Source: Chiloscyllium plagiosum
Taxonomy: Eukaryota
Assembly: GCF_004010195.1 (NCBI RefSeq)
Contig: NC_057720.1
Span: 91,585,319-91,637,271 of the forward strand
DNA: 51,953 bases
Reading direction: 5' to 3'
Both the position numbers and the translations under genes were made by a program. Below the pieces are notes generated by a model. That model saw nothing but the letters and a program-made list of their open reading frames with translations. It searched no databases and was not told the DNA's origin. How positions within the stretch are numbered: the first letter of the stretch is position 1; each line of letters opens with the position of its first letter. This document shows positions 38,936 through 50,900 of this stretch, piece after piece.

Positions 38936-39124
38936 GTGGGATAATCAGGTCAGCCATGGGGAACAGGCTCAAGAGGATGAATCTGTGTCCAATTCCACCT
39001 TTGAAAATCAGCCCCTTGAAAGCTTGTGGTTTTCAATAAAGCAGCTGAATTGGCTGCAGGTTTGTGTGGGCGCGAATGGAAGGGGACTTTACCCATAATC
39101 CTCAGCAGGCGTGCAAGCGCTCTC

Positions 39125-39144
39125 TCGCCACTAGAGGGCAGCTG
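39125..39144 (+). promoter_or_regulatory. Candidate CTCF binding site
   Basis: tcgCCACTAGAGGGCAGctg matches the core CCASYAGRKGGCRS. Confidence 0.7.
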
Positions 39145-39772
39145 TTTCACTGTCCCTGATCAGTAAAAAGTAAACTGGGGACCTGCTTGGAGCGAACAAG
39201 CTCAATCTGGAGAGACAGAGAGAGAGAGAGAGAGCATAGCTTCGGAAGCACCACAATGAAAATGTCCTGTGTGATAAGAAAAGTACTTTGGTGTGACTTT
39301 TGTTTGTTTCCACAGTGTTCATTCTGTGATTCACGTAGGCATGTCAGTACTGAGTGGGACAAAGTGTATTTCATTCTATAACCCCTTTCCAACACACTCT
39401 CTCCATCTTGCTTTACTCCTTATTGACACTTCTACAATTGTCCCTGTTCCCTCACTCCGTCCCAGCCCCAGAGGGATTGATGACCGGAGTTCATGACCCT
39501 GCACTGTGTGAAGGTTGGTGTGAAGTGAGGCCAGTGCGTTGGAGCTTGGGCTCGGGCTCGGGCTCCTGCCTTAGGCCCAGGTGTCGGGGCCTGTACAACA
39601 ATCTGCACATTGTCCTTTTTCTCTTTCTGATCGTACTGGAGTTTTCATGCTGCAGTAACTTGCTGGCAACAAGGTGTCTTGTCTATAATATTCCCAGCAC
39701 TGGACAGATCTCTGCTGTTGGTTTTTTTTCTCTCTCTCAGGATCCTGCTCTGCATTCAGTGCCTGTTATCAT

Positions 39773-40078
39773 GATTAGATTAGATTACTTACAGTGTGGA
39801 AACAGGCCCTTCAGCCCAACAAGTCCACACTGCCCCGCCGAAGCGCAACCCACCCATACCCCTACATTTTACCCCTTACCTAACACTACGGGCAATTTAG
39901 CATGGCCAATTCACCTGACCTGCACATTTTTGGACTGTGGGAGGAAACCGGAGCACCCGGAGGGAACCCACGCAGACACGGGGAGAACGTGCAAACTCCA
40001 CACAGTCAGTCGCCTGAGGCGGAAACTGAACCCGGGTCTCTGGCGCTGTGAGGCAGCAGTGCTAACCACTGTGCCACC
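39773..40078 (-). mobile_element. Young HE1-like SINE
   Basis: Near-identical to 3338-3645, with a possible catga target-site duplication. Confidence 0.9.
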
Positions 40079-42374
40079 CACATGAGTTCGTTGGAGTTCA
40101 TATGTCAGCTGCTGCTTCCTTGCTATGGTACTGAAAAAAAGTCATCAATGCCTCTTGAGATTTAAAATATTCTGTCTTCATGAAAGTGGTTGGCAGACTT
40201 TTTAACATCATTTAACATTCCAATGATGTGAATGCATCAGTGTTGCGTCTGGCTGGGAGCATTTAACATCATGGTCCTAGTTTTTAATGGATCCTCACTC
40301 GTGGTAATACAGTTTGCAATGTTTCTCTCCCCTTTTTGTGTTGCAAATGTGTTCTGATGAGGACAATGCAACTTTAACACCATTTGATGGAGTGGGTGGC
40401 TGTTTGAATTCTCATCTCAGTATCATACAGCTTTCAAAGAAAATGCTGTAGTCTATGAAATTAGATTGTACTCAGGTTTTATGCATATTGTGTTTGTATT
40501 TTATTTTTGGAATGTCAATTTGTCATAAAAATATCCTGTTCGGGTTTGTAGCTCAGTAGTTGTATTTGTTCCCTGAGATACTGAGAGTTTACACAACCCT
40601 CCATTTGCCTGTGATCCAGTTGTTGGCTGAAGCCTCTGGTTGTTCGGTGAGTCCAAGCCATTGTCTTGCTCTCTGCAGTTATCCCATCAACTTGGTTTCT
40701 CAGTGTGAGCCAGGAGACCACTGCGTGTTCCACTGTCAGTGTAAAGGTAAGTGGGAACTGTCGAGATTAATCCCAACATGAACATCAGAACATTATATTC
40801 AGCTGGAACAACATCCATTGACTCATTTCTTTGGCTGCCATTGCAGTAAAAGCAAATCTCTCCCTTTGCCAGCACAAAGAGAAAGTGCCCGTCAGATTCC
40901 CTTGTGTGTGATGGATTAGCCCAATAGGAGCAGCGCTGGTAGATCATGCTGTATCAGCCTGGACGGAAACCTGGGCAAATTCCAGATGAAAACATATCCT
41001 TCAGTGGATCTGCTGCTACACAAAATATTGAATTGGAATCCTTGTTCTCGAATCACCTCGTCAAACCTAAATACAATTGAGAAAATATAAACCAAACCCA
41101 TTTCCCAAGGACATATGTCACAACAAGAAAGTGGGGTGCAGACAGTTACTGTTCGCCTGTCTCTGGGGAGCATCCCTTTTCCTGTCTCCTCTCTCTTTGT
41201 GGGATATCATTTTTACCATCCTTTCTGTCTGAGGATATTATTGTTCCTGTCCGCACTCTCTTGGGGACAGGGTGGTGGTGTCACACCCACACAGTTTGTT
41301 AGTTCCATTTACTCTCATGAAATGTGTAATCCCTGCTTCACTATGTGTGTGACCCATGTGTGAAAGCCCAGCACAGCTAACCCTTCACTTCAATCAGATC
41401 ACAGGGTCTGAGGTTGGTCTGTACTATCTGGACCCAGAAAAAAACCGGATCACGATCAAGATAACTCAAATCAAGTCCCAATGAGACTGCTGTTGACCTT
41501 CACCCTCAAAGCCCACTGAGGAGGTTGTCATTAATCTCAGTGTTGTCATAGATTATGTTCTCCCAGAGATTCATGATTCATTCTAAATTTAGCACATGTG
41601 TGTGATGTTGTCAGGTGACTGCTGGGAAGACATGGAGATAAAATATAAAAGAAGAGAGAATTATATATAATTATATCCTTGAACTTAGGATATTTGGAAA
41701 TGTTTTACAGCCAATGGAATACTTCCAAAGTCCAGACATTGTTGTAATGTGGGAATTATGACAGCCTGGGCAAGGCAGATCTTTTGGCAGCAACACCCAG
41801 AGACTGGAGGCTGCTACTGCAGGCAGGCTCCAACCAGCTCTGCTGTGAGGGAAGGACACTGGAGCACACAAGGACACAGGAATTAGGAGCAGGAGAAAGC
41901 CTCCAATTGCTGTCCCTCCTTTCTTAAATACAGGGACCAAAATTGAACACAATATTCCAAATGCAGGCTCACTAACACCCTCTGTAGTTTTAACAGGATT
42001 TCTCTACTCTTAAATTCCAACCCCCAGCAATAAAGGTGAAAATTCCTTTCGCCTTCTCAATTACTTGCTGTACCTGCACTAACTTTCAGTGTTTCATGCA
42101 CAATACTACCCAGATCACTCTGTACTGCACTTTGTTGGAATCTCTCACTATTTAACTAATAGTTGGCCTTTAGATTATTCTGACCCAAGTGCAAAATCTC
42201 ACACTTTCTGACATTAAATTCCATCCACTGTGTATTAGTGTTGCATTTCCAGTTTGGTCTTCTCTTTGTGATTGACCAACTCAATGCATCTATCTGTAGC
42301 ATGCCCCATTCCCATTTGTAGATGGCCCTGACACTTGATGATCTAACCCTTTCCTGCTGGTTCCATTCAATGAC

Positions 42375-44630
42375 AGGCAGGAGGTGGAAGAACTCAGGCA
42401 GCATCAGGTGGTGGAGAAGTTGATGTTTCGGGTGTAACCCTTCTTCAGGAATGGGGTTGGGTATACATGAAACTGCAGATAAAGGGGGTAGTGAGGACAG
42501 GATGATGAAGTGGGGATTGGTGATGACAGGTAGATGGTACAATTTGGTTGGTCAATGGGAGGAATGAATCCGGTAGGTGGCAGGGAGGAGTGGAAGGGAG
42601 GGATAGGGGTTGGGAAGGGAGTCGGGAGAAGAGAAGAGTGGTTATTTGAAATTGGAGAACTTAATGTTGGTGAAATGTTCCCTAAGTTTATATTTGGTCT
42701 TCCCAATGTAGAGAAGACCACATCGCGGGCACCTGATGCAGTGAACTAGGTTGGAGGAGAGGCAGGTGAACCTCTGTCTCACCTGGAAGGACTGTTTGGG
42801 ACCCTGGATGGAGGGGAGGGATTGGTGTACCAGCAGGCTTTGCATCTTTTTGGGTTGTACGGGAAGGTTCCTGGGGGTTAGGGAGGGTAGGTGGGCAAGA
42901 ATTGTCAAAGAGAAAGTCCTTGTGGAAGGCAGACAGGGGTGGGGAGAGGAAGATGTTCTTGGTGGTGTGGTCTAGTTGGAGTTGGTGGAAGTGTTTAAGG
43001 ATGGTATGTTAATTGGTACAGGGATTGGTAATAGTTAAGGACAATGGGGACTTTGACTTCATTGTATTTGGAGGTTTGGAGGGTTTAGAGCGATGGAACG
43101 GGAAATGGAGGTGGTGCAGTGAATGACAGAAGGAGGAAAAGCACGTTATTCATAACAGGCGGACATCTGTGATCAGCGAACTGTCTCCTCATCCGAGCAG
43201 ATGGAGTGGAGGCAGAGGAATTGGGAGAATGGGATGGAGTTCTTGCAGGATACTGGTTAGGAGAAGGTGTAGTTCAGGGAGTCTGTGGGTTTGTAGTAAA
43301 TGCCTGTTTGAAGATTATCGCCTGAATTGGAAATGGAGAGGTGAAGAAAGGGCAGGGAGGTGTCTGAGATGGATGAAGTGAATTTGAGGACAGGGTGGAA
43401 ATTGTGGGGCAAGTCAATGAACTGCTCCAGTTCAGCCTGGGTGCAGGATGCCCTGCACTGATGGAATCACTGATGTAATGGCAGAAGGATTGGGGCACAG
43501 TGCCTGTATAGTCACTGAAGAGGGACTGGTCAAAATAGCTCAACCGGGTGCCTATGGACCAGTTTGGCAAGATGGAGGAGGTATTGGTGGAGGGGGACTG
43601 GATGGGTCTGTGCTGGCTGGCTGCACTTAGGGCTGGGGAACTGGAGGTTTCTGAAAAGATGGAGGGCATAGTTGGTGTAGCGGATGTAGGTGGGCAGTGC
43701 CTGAACCAAGGAGGAGAGTTGAGGTAGAATCAGAGGAGTCCAGTGGGGCAGGGGCATGCTGAGACGATGGGTCAGCCGGATAGTTGGGCTTCTGGATCTT
43801 GGGGAGCAGGTAGAACTGGGAATTGCAGATTGGAGACAGTGGAGGGGAGATCACTGGAGGAATGAGGGCAATGACTGTGTGAATGATTTTGGTCTGATGG
43901 GTCATGGCGGGGTCATGGGCAAGGGGGAAGTAGGACGTGGTGTCTGAGAGTTGGGGTTCGGCCTCTGTGACATTTAGGTCTGTTCTCCAGACTAACACCT
44001 CCCCACCTATGTCAGCGGGTTTGATGGTGAACCAGGGGTTAGCACAGAGAGAGTGGAGTGCTCGATCGGAGGAGGTGTGGTTGGAGTGGGTGAGGGGGAG
44101 AAATTGAGGCAGATGATGTCACATCAACAGTCAGCAATGAAGAGGTCTAGGAAGTGTATACAGCTGGTTTGGGGGGGGGGGTTGGGGGGGTGCTGACCAA
44201 ATGGAGGAGGAAGGTAGGAGGTAGGAGGTGGGAGAAGGGGTCCTCAGAGGGAGTTTGGGAGTTTTTGTTAAAGAAGAAGACACGGAAGTCGAGGTGGTGG
44301 AAGAAGAGCTCCGTGTCGTGGTGGGTGCGGGTTTCATTGAGGGGGGGTTGGGCGGGAATGACTGTGACCCCTTTCCTGAGGATGGACGTTTTAGCCTCAG
44401 AGAGTTCGAGGTTGGAGGGATAGTAAATATGGGACAAGGCTCAGGGGTGAGGTTTTCGGGTGGGCCTGGGGGTGGATGGGTGAGGAGGGAGAGCGAGTGT
44501 GCTGGATGGCTGCAAGTAGGCAGTTGGACTCAGGGTGACTCTGGGAAATGTAGTCTGAGTCTTGGTTGCAGAGTGGGAGGGGCCAGAAGTGGAGGCAGAG
44601 GCTGGAGTGAAGTCAAGGCCAGTCCGAGAG
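42375..44630 (-). mobile_element. Penelope-like element, paralog of 28790-30770
   Basis: Motifs SNLVHCIRCPRCGLLYIGKT and FYLLPKIQKP, with a hammerhead-like core at 42422-42448. Confidence 0.88.
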
Positions 44631-45769
44631 TTTTGACCCAGGTTCAATTCCAGCCTCAGGCAACTGTCTGTGTGGAGCTTGCACATTCTCTAAGTGTCTG
44701 CGTAGGTTTCCTCTGGGTGCTCTGGTTTCCTCCCACAATCTAAAGACGTGCGGGTTAGGTGAATTGGCTGTGCTAAGTTGCCCATAGTGATCAGGGATGT
44801 GTAGATTAGGTTCATTAGTCAGGGCAAAAGTAGTGTAATGGGATAGGGGATTGGGTCTTGGGTGGGAACTCTTCCAAGGATAAGTGTGGACTTGTCGGGC
44901 ATATTGGCCTGTTTTCTCACAGTAGGGATTCTATGACAGTCCATTCCAGATTCCCATCACCCGCTGAGTGAAAACAGTCTTCCCCAAATCTTTTTTGCGG
45001 TGTCCATGATGAAACCTTTCAAACCATTCATTTTGTCTAATATCGTTTAGCTCTTGAGCTCCTTGTTCAATAAATGTTTTATTCTTTTTGATAAAATATG
45101 AGTTCTCAGACAGGGACAGTTAACTTTGTCCAATCAGGGAGCCCTGGCTGACAGATAAAAAGGGGAGTGTCAGAAGGACTGATAGTCTGGGACCTGACTC
45201 TGAATAACAACCTGCCAACCAACCCCCTCCTTCTGTCACCCTCAATCTCCCCATGCTTACTCTTGATGTCCCTTGAATCCAGCCTGTGCTACCTTTGGGC
45301 GAAGTTGACCTTCCCTCCATCATCCATGAATGTGGTCATCATCCCAGAGCAGTCACACTTTTAACCTGAGGGTCATCACAGCTGGGGTACGGGGAGAGAA
45401 GATGGCACCTTCATGGTGGTCATACCTGTCATTAATCCACCGCAATCTCTCTTGGGGTTGCAAGAGTTCAACCTCCATCCCTCAGACAGCTCCCCTCCCT
45501 GGAAGGTAATATTGCTGCACCTAGCTTGGGGTTAATTAACCATTGAAATATGACTATGGGGAGCCAGCATTGGCTGGGCAGGCAGCCACGACTGCTCTGA
45601 CTCTGCATTCAGAAAATCGCCTCGGAATTGGGCAACACATTCGGGAGCACATTGCCCACTGCCTCTGAAATCCCTCACTTACCGAGAATACACTCAGTAT
45701 TCACCTTTCTCAGCTGCCATCTGAATTTACTCCAAACTCTGTGTCCAATGATCCTGCCCCTCCAGCTAC

Positions 45770-45798
45770 CTGATGAAGGAGTAGCGCTCCGAAAGCTT
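45770..45798 (+). ncRNA. Minimal hammerhead-like motif (paralog of 27621-27649)
   Basis: Reads CTGATGA-A-GGAG-tagcg-CTCC-GAA-AGCT-T. Confidence 0.55.
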
Positions 45799-46125
45799 CT
45801 ACTTTCAAATAAACCTGTTTGACTGTAGCCTGGTGTTGTGTGATTTTTAACTTTGGCCATCTGAATGAGCTTCCATCTCAGACTGAGTCAGCTGAACTAT
45901 TTTTCATTCATGATTTGAGAAGATAAAAGCCTCATCTTCAATCCCCAGCACAAAGCCCATTCTCAATCCAGAGCTAGAGACACAGACCTCAGAGAGACAC
46001 CTACAGGCAGCACAGAATAACACACTCGCACTGAGAGAGACACCTACAGGGAACACTATGTGAGACAGGCCGCACTGAGTAACATGCTCACACTCCATGC
46101 TGTCTGTGGGTGCCTCTCTGAGTGT

Positions 46126-46332
46126 GAGCATGGTACTCATGCTGCCTGCAGGTGTCTCTCTGAGTTACAAGACCACACACCGATAAAGACCTACAGGCAA
46201 CATTAAGTTAAACATTCACTCAGAGAGAGAGCATGGTACTCAGTGCTGCCTGCAGGTGTCTCTCTGAGTTACAAGACCACACACCGATAAAGACCTACAG
46301 GCAACATTAAGTTAAACATTCACTCAGAGAGA
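46126..46332. repeat. ~103-bp tandem duplication specific to arm 2
   Basis: gagcatggtactca...cactcagagaga occurs twice. Confidence 0.9.
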
Positions 46333-46570
46333 CACACAAGGCCGACAATGTCTGTGAATCGCCGAAGATTGTTTCAGCGGCTAACCAACATGCAGCAGAG
46401 ATTGAACAGTGCGATCCCATCAGCTGGGCCTGGACCAACAGAGTGAAGGGGACTGAATCAGATTGTACTTATTGAGTCCGAGCAGCTTTCAGTTTCTGTT
46501 CTTTTTGGAACCTTGTAACCTACACAAATCCCTGATCAGTGGGATCATTTGAAAATGATTAATGATTGAT

Positions 46571-46769
46571 NNNNNNNNNNNNNNNNNNNNNNNNNNNNNN
46601 NNNNNNNNNNNNNNNNNNNNNNNNNNNNNNNNNNNNNNNNNNNNNNNNNNNNNNNNNNNNNNNNNNNNNNNNNNNNNNNNNNNNNNNNNNNNNNNNNNNN
46701 NNNNNNNNNNNNNNNNNNNNNNNNNNNNNNNNNNNNNNNNNNNNNNNNNNNNNNNNNNNNNNNNNNNNN
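46571..46769. other. Assembly gap (199 N)
   Basis: Run of N. Confidence 1.
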
Positions 46770-47120
46770 GGCTGAGCAGGAAGGAGATCTGGTTTACTGA
46801 AGCAGAGACTTCTGAGGTTCACATTGTTTTGTACAGCTGACAGTCTTCAGCATCTTCGAGAGGTTTTACTTGGCATCGCAAGTCAACGCTGTCCCCATCA
46901 AACATTCCCAGGACAAGGACAGTATGAGGTTTGACACAGCGTAAAGCTCTCTCGACACTGTCGCAATGACCTGCTTTAACATCCAAACCTCAGAAGGTTC
47001 TCAGAGCCAGTCCTGAGATGGAAGAGAATTGAAATTCAGTGCTGACAATGACCTTTGACCTGCCAGCTCAGCCCTGTTCTGTTTTAAGTTGTGTCTCCTC
47101 TGTGGACTGTCTCAAACACT

Positions 47121-47449
47121 CTACACACATTCTGATCTCCTGATGCTCTTGCTGAGGGGTGAGGGGAGGGTCACGTTGGTGAGGGCACAGGAGAAGCGAG
47201 CGTTGGACTCCCAGTCAGACCCAGAAAGGGTCAGCAGGCTGCTGACACTGTAGGTGCTGTCCGAAGCTCGCAGGTAGTTGCTGGTCTGAACCCCGTCCGA
47301 AATGACTGCACCGTCCTTCTTCCACTGCACCTCCAGCTCATCAGGATAGAAGTGATTGGCAAGGCAAACCAGGATGGCAGTGCCCTTGGCATTGACCTGC
47401 TCTGGGGAGGGGGGCAGCAGGATCAGCTTGGGCTGAGAGTTCTCACGGC
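47121..47449 (-). CDS. IGKC: Ig kappa-type constant exon 2 (intact acceptor; its V/J would lie beyond the window end)
   Basis: tttcag|gc acceptor and a 329-nt exon RENSQPK...SECV*, with 8 amino-acid differences from C exon 1. Confidence 0.95.
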
Positions 47450-47989
47450 CTGAAAGATAAGAGGAGAAATTATAATCCCTGTCATTCGAAGGGAATTCAA
47501 CCCTCACAATATTCACTGGCCATACAATCTTTTTGAACATTTTTAGTCAATACAGAATAAACCCAACAAAAGAACAGACATTGTTTAAAGTGCTTCTTGG
47601 GAATGTGAGTGTCACTGGCAGGGCCAGCATTTATTGCCCATCCCTAATTGCCCCAGAGAAGGTGATGGTGAAGCAGCAGAGAGAGAAGGGACAATTTTAG
47701 ACCATTGTTTATAGAATGAAAGTGGGTAGCTGGAAGGGCTATCAATGTGGGAGCATTTTAGTGACAGTGATCAGAACTCAGTGAGATTGAGAGTATGGAT
47801 AGAAATGGAGAACTGTGCAGTAAGTGTAAAGCTTTTCATTTTACTAAACTGTGTGGTGCTTTGGTAAAAGTGGACTGGAAGCAGTGACATGATGGGAAAT
47901 CAGTGTCAAGGCAGTGGGAGCCCTCAAAGAACAAGACAGAGATCATTCAGAATCTGTTCCCACACAGAGTAAAGGTGGGACTTCCAGAT

Positions 47990-50900
47990 CTAGACCGAAT
48001 GAACAAGAGGATTGGGGTCATGTTCTGACATGGATTGGGTACTGGTTGGCCGACAGCACAGAAAGAAGGAGTCTTTTTCTGAATAACAGGTAGTAATAAC
48101 TTAGGGTGCCACAGGGGTCAATCCTTGGAATCCAGTTATTCATAATATATAATAATAGAATCAGAGAGATCCAAAAGGCCCAACAGCCCATTGTGTCCAT
48201 ATTGGTCAAAAAACAACAACCCAATAATTTCATTCTTCTTTCTAGCAAGAGGGAATTAGATGCAGTATGTGTTTAAGAAGGAATTAGATATAGTTCTTAG
48301 GATTAAAGGGATCAAAGAATGTGGGGAGAAAGCAGGAACAGGGGACTGGGTTGGATGATCAGCCATGATCATATTGATTGGTGGAGAAGGCTTGAGGGGC
48401 TGAATGGCCTACTGCTGCTCCTAGTTTGGACGTTTCTATCTGTTTCTCAGATAATGAAGGAATGTCTCTCATCAGTTTGAAGCTGAAAGTCACGTGTGTG
48501 TGGAGGTGGAAGATGTGGCCTTGGTGATTAAACAATGCGGGTCAGTAAGGTGGTTAAGAAGACACATGAGAGAAACTGTTTTTCTTTTTCTCTTGACGGA
48601 ATGAGGGCATTGCTGGATCCGCAGCATTTATTGCCCATCCATAATCGCCCAGAGGGCAGTTTAGAGTCATCCACATTGCTGTGGGTCTGGAGTCACATGG
48701 TAAGGATGGCAGTTTCCTTCCCTAAAAGACATTAGGGAATCAGATGCCATTTGTCTGACAATTAATTGCAGATGTTTTTTGATTGAATTTGAATGCCACC
48801 ATCTGCTGGATTTTAACCCTGGTCCCCAGAACATTGTCTGGATCTCTGGCTTAACAGTTCAGCAATAATACCATGAGACCATCACCTCCTTTATCTCATT
48901 TTTGGTTGAAAGCAAAGAGTTTGTTTATTCTGGAACTATATAAAACCCCAGTTAGAGCACAGTGAGAGAACAGTGTACGGTTCGGGTCACCACATTACAG
49001 GAAGGATGTGATCCCACTAGAGACCAGGACAGAGGAGGAGTTTATCTGGAATGGGGACTTTGAACTTTGAGGAATGATTGGATTGGCTGGGACTGTTTTC
49101 TTTGGATCGCAGGAGGCCGAGGGGAGATTTGATCGTGGTATGTAAATAATGAGGGGCCTGGATAGAGTGTGCAGGAAGGACTGATTTCCATCAGCACAGA
49201 GGGCAATAACCATGGGGAGAGATTGAAATCAGTTGGGGAAGGATTAGAGGGGAGTTGAGGGTATTTGTTTTCAGCCAGAGGCTGGTGGGATGTGGGACTC
49301 ACTGTCTGAAAGGGTGGGAGAGGCAGAAACACTCATCACAGTGAAAAAAACACTTGGATATTCACTTCAAACAGCGAAACCTCCAGAGCTATGGAACAAG
49401 AGCTGGAAAGTGGGATGGAGCTCGATACCTCTTTAACAAACCTCCGATCACCTCGGATAAAGTATCAGGAGAACTTTATCCGAGAACATTGGAGCAGACT
49501 CGGTTCTACACACTTCAGGAAAGAGTCATGTTGGGTGCCTGTGTAGAAGGTTCTAGATTTTATTTCAAAACTTGCTGCGCACCACTGTTCTGAGGGTCAA
49601 GCGTGAGGCTGCAATGAGTCTTCCTATTCCAGAGTCAGGCAGGATCACTGCTCCTAATGGCCCCATGACCCCTGGAAGGTGAGCGTGCGCAGACGATGGG
49701 TGAGTGTCTGGATCAGGAGACTCCAGTCTTAAAGAAAAACTTGGATTTGTGTAGCTCCTGTCCCCAACTCAGAATGACCCAATGGATCTTTCCAGCAGAC
49801 TGTGCACAGTGGGATCCCAAACATCATGTGATAATTAGCAGAGAAATACATTTTTAGTGATTTTGACTGGGGGATAAATATTGACCATGGACACCAGGGG
49901 GAACTGCCTGCTCTTTATCCAATAGTGCCATGGAATGGCATCTTTCACAACTGAAAGACTCCCAGTTCATCCAAAAAAAAAGAATAGTTCCTTGAAGATG
50001 AAGTTGCAGGTAGGTAGGGGAGTGACAATCTCATTTGGTTTGCTTTCCTTTATTGGGCAGTGCATTGAGTTGGGAGCTGTTGCAACTGTACAGGACATTG
50101 GTTAGGGCACTTTTGGAATACCGTGAGCAATTCTCCTTGCTGTAGGAAAAATGTTGTGAACCTTAAAATGATCCAGAAAAGATTTACAAGGATGTTGCCA
50201 AAGTTGGAGGGTTTGCGCAAAAGGGAGAGGCTGAATAGGCTGAGGCTGTTTTCCCTGGATCATTGCAGGTTGATGGGTGACTGTATAGAGGTTTATGAAA
50301 TCATGAGGGGCATAGATAGGGTGAATAGAGAAGATCTTTTCTCCAGAGTGGGGGAGTCCAGAACTGGAGGGCAGAGGTTGAAGGTGACAGGGGAAAGATT
50401 TCAAAGGGACCTAAGGGACAACATTTTCATTCAGAGGGTGTTAAATGTATGGAATGAGCTGCCAGAAGAAGTGGTGAAGGCTGGTACAATTACAACATTT
50501 AAAAAGCATGGGTATATAAATAGGATATGTTCAGAGGGATATGGGCCAAATGCTGGCAAATGGGACTAGATTAATTTAGGATGTCTGGTCAGCATGGACG
50601 AGTTGGACCGAAGGGTCTGTTTCTGTGCTGTCCATCTCTCTGACTCTAATTGTATTTCAATCCAGCCCTTAACACTTCAGGCTCTCCCAAAGACATTTAC
50701 AGACAGTTTTGTTTGACAAACAGTCACTGTTGCAATGTCGGTAACGTGGCAGCCAGTTTCTACACAGCAGGATCCCACTAGAAGCAATGAGATCAAAGAG
50801 CATTCTTCATGATGTTGGCTCAACGATAAATATTGTCCTGAACTCAACCCAAAGCGAAAGTAATTTGGTTCATTTGGATGGAAAATGAGAAAATGGAAGG

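Noticed and set aside
26236-47120. Complete RSS or a kappa-deleting element downstream of C
   Set aside because: Several CACAGTG heptamers were seen (e.g. ~27356, ~37996, ~39311), but none has a nonamer at 12 or 23 bp
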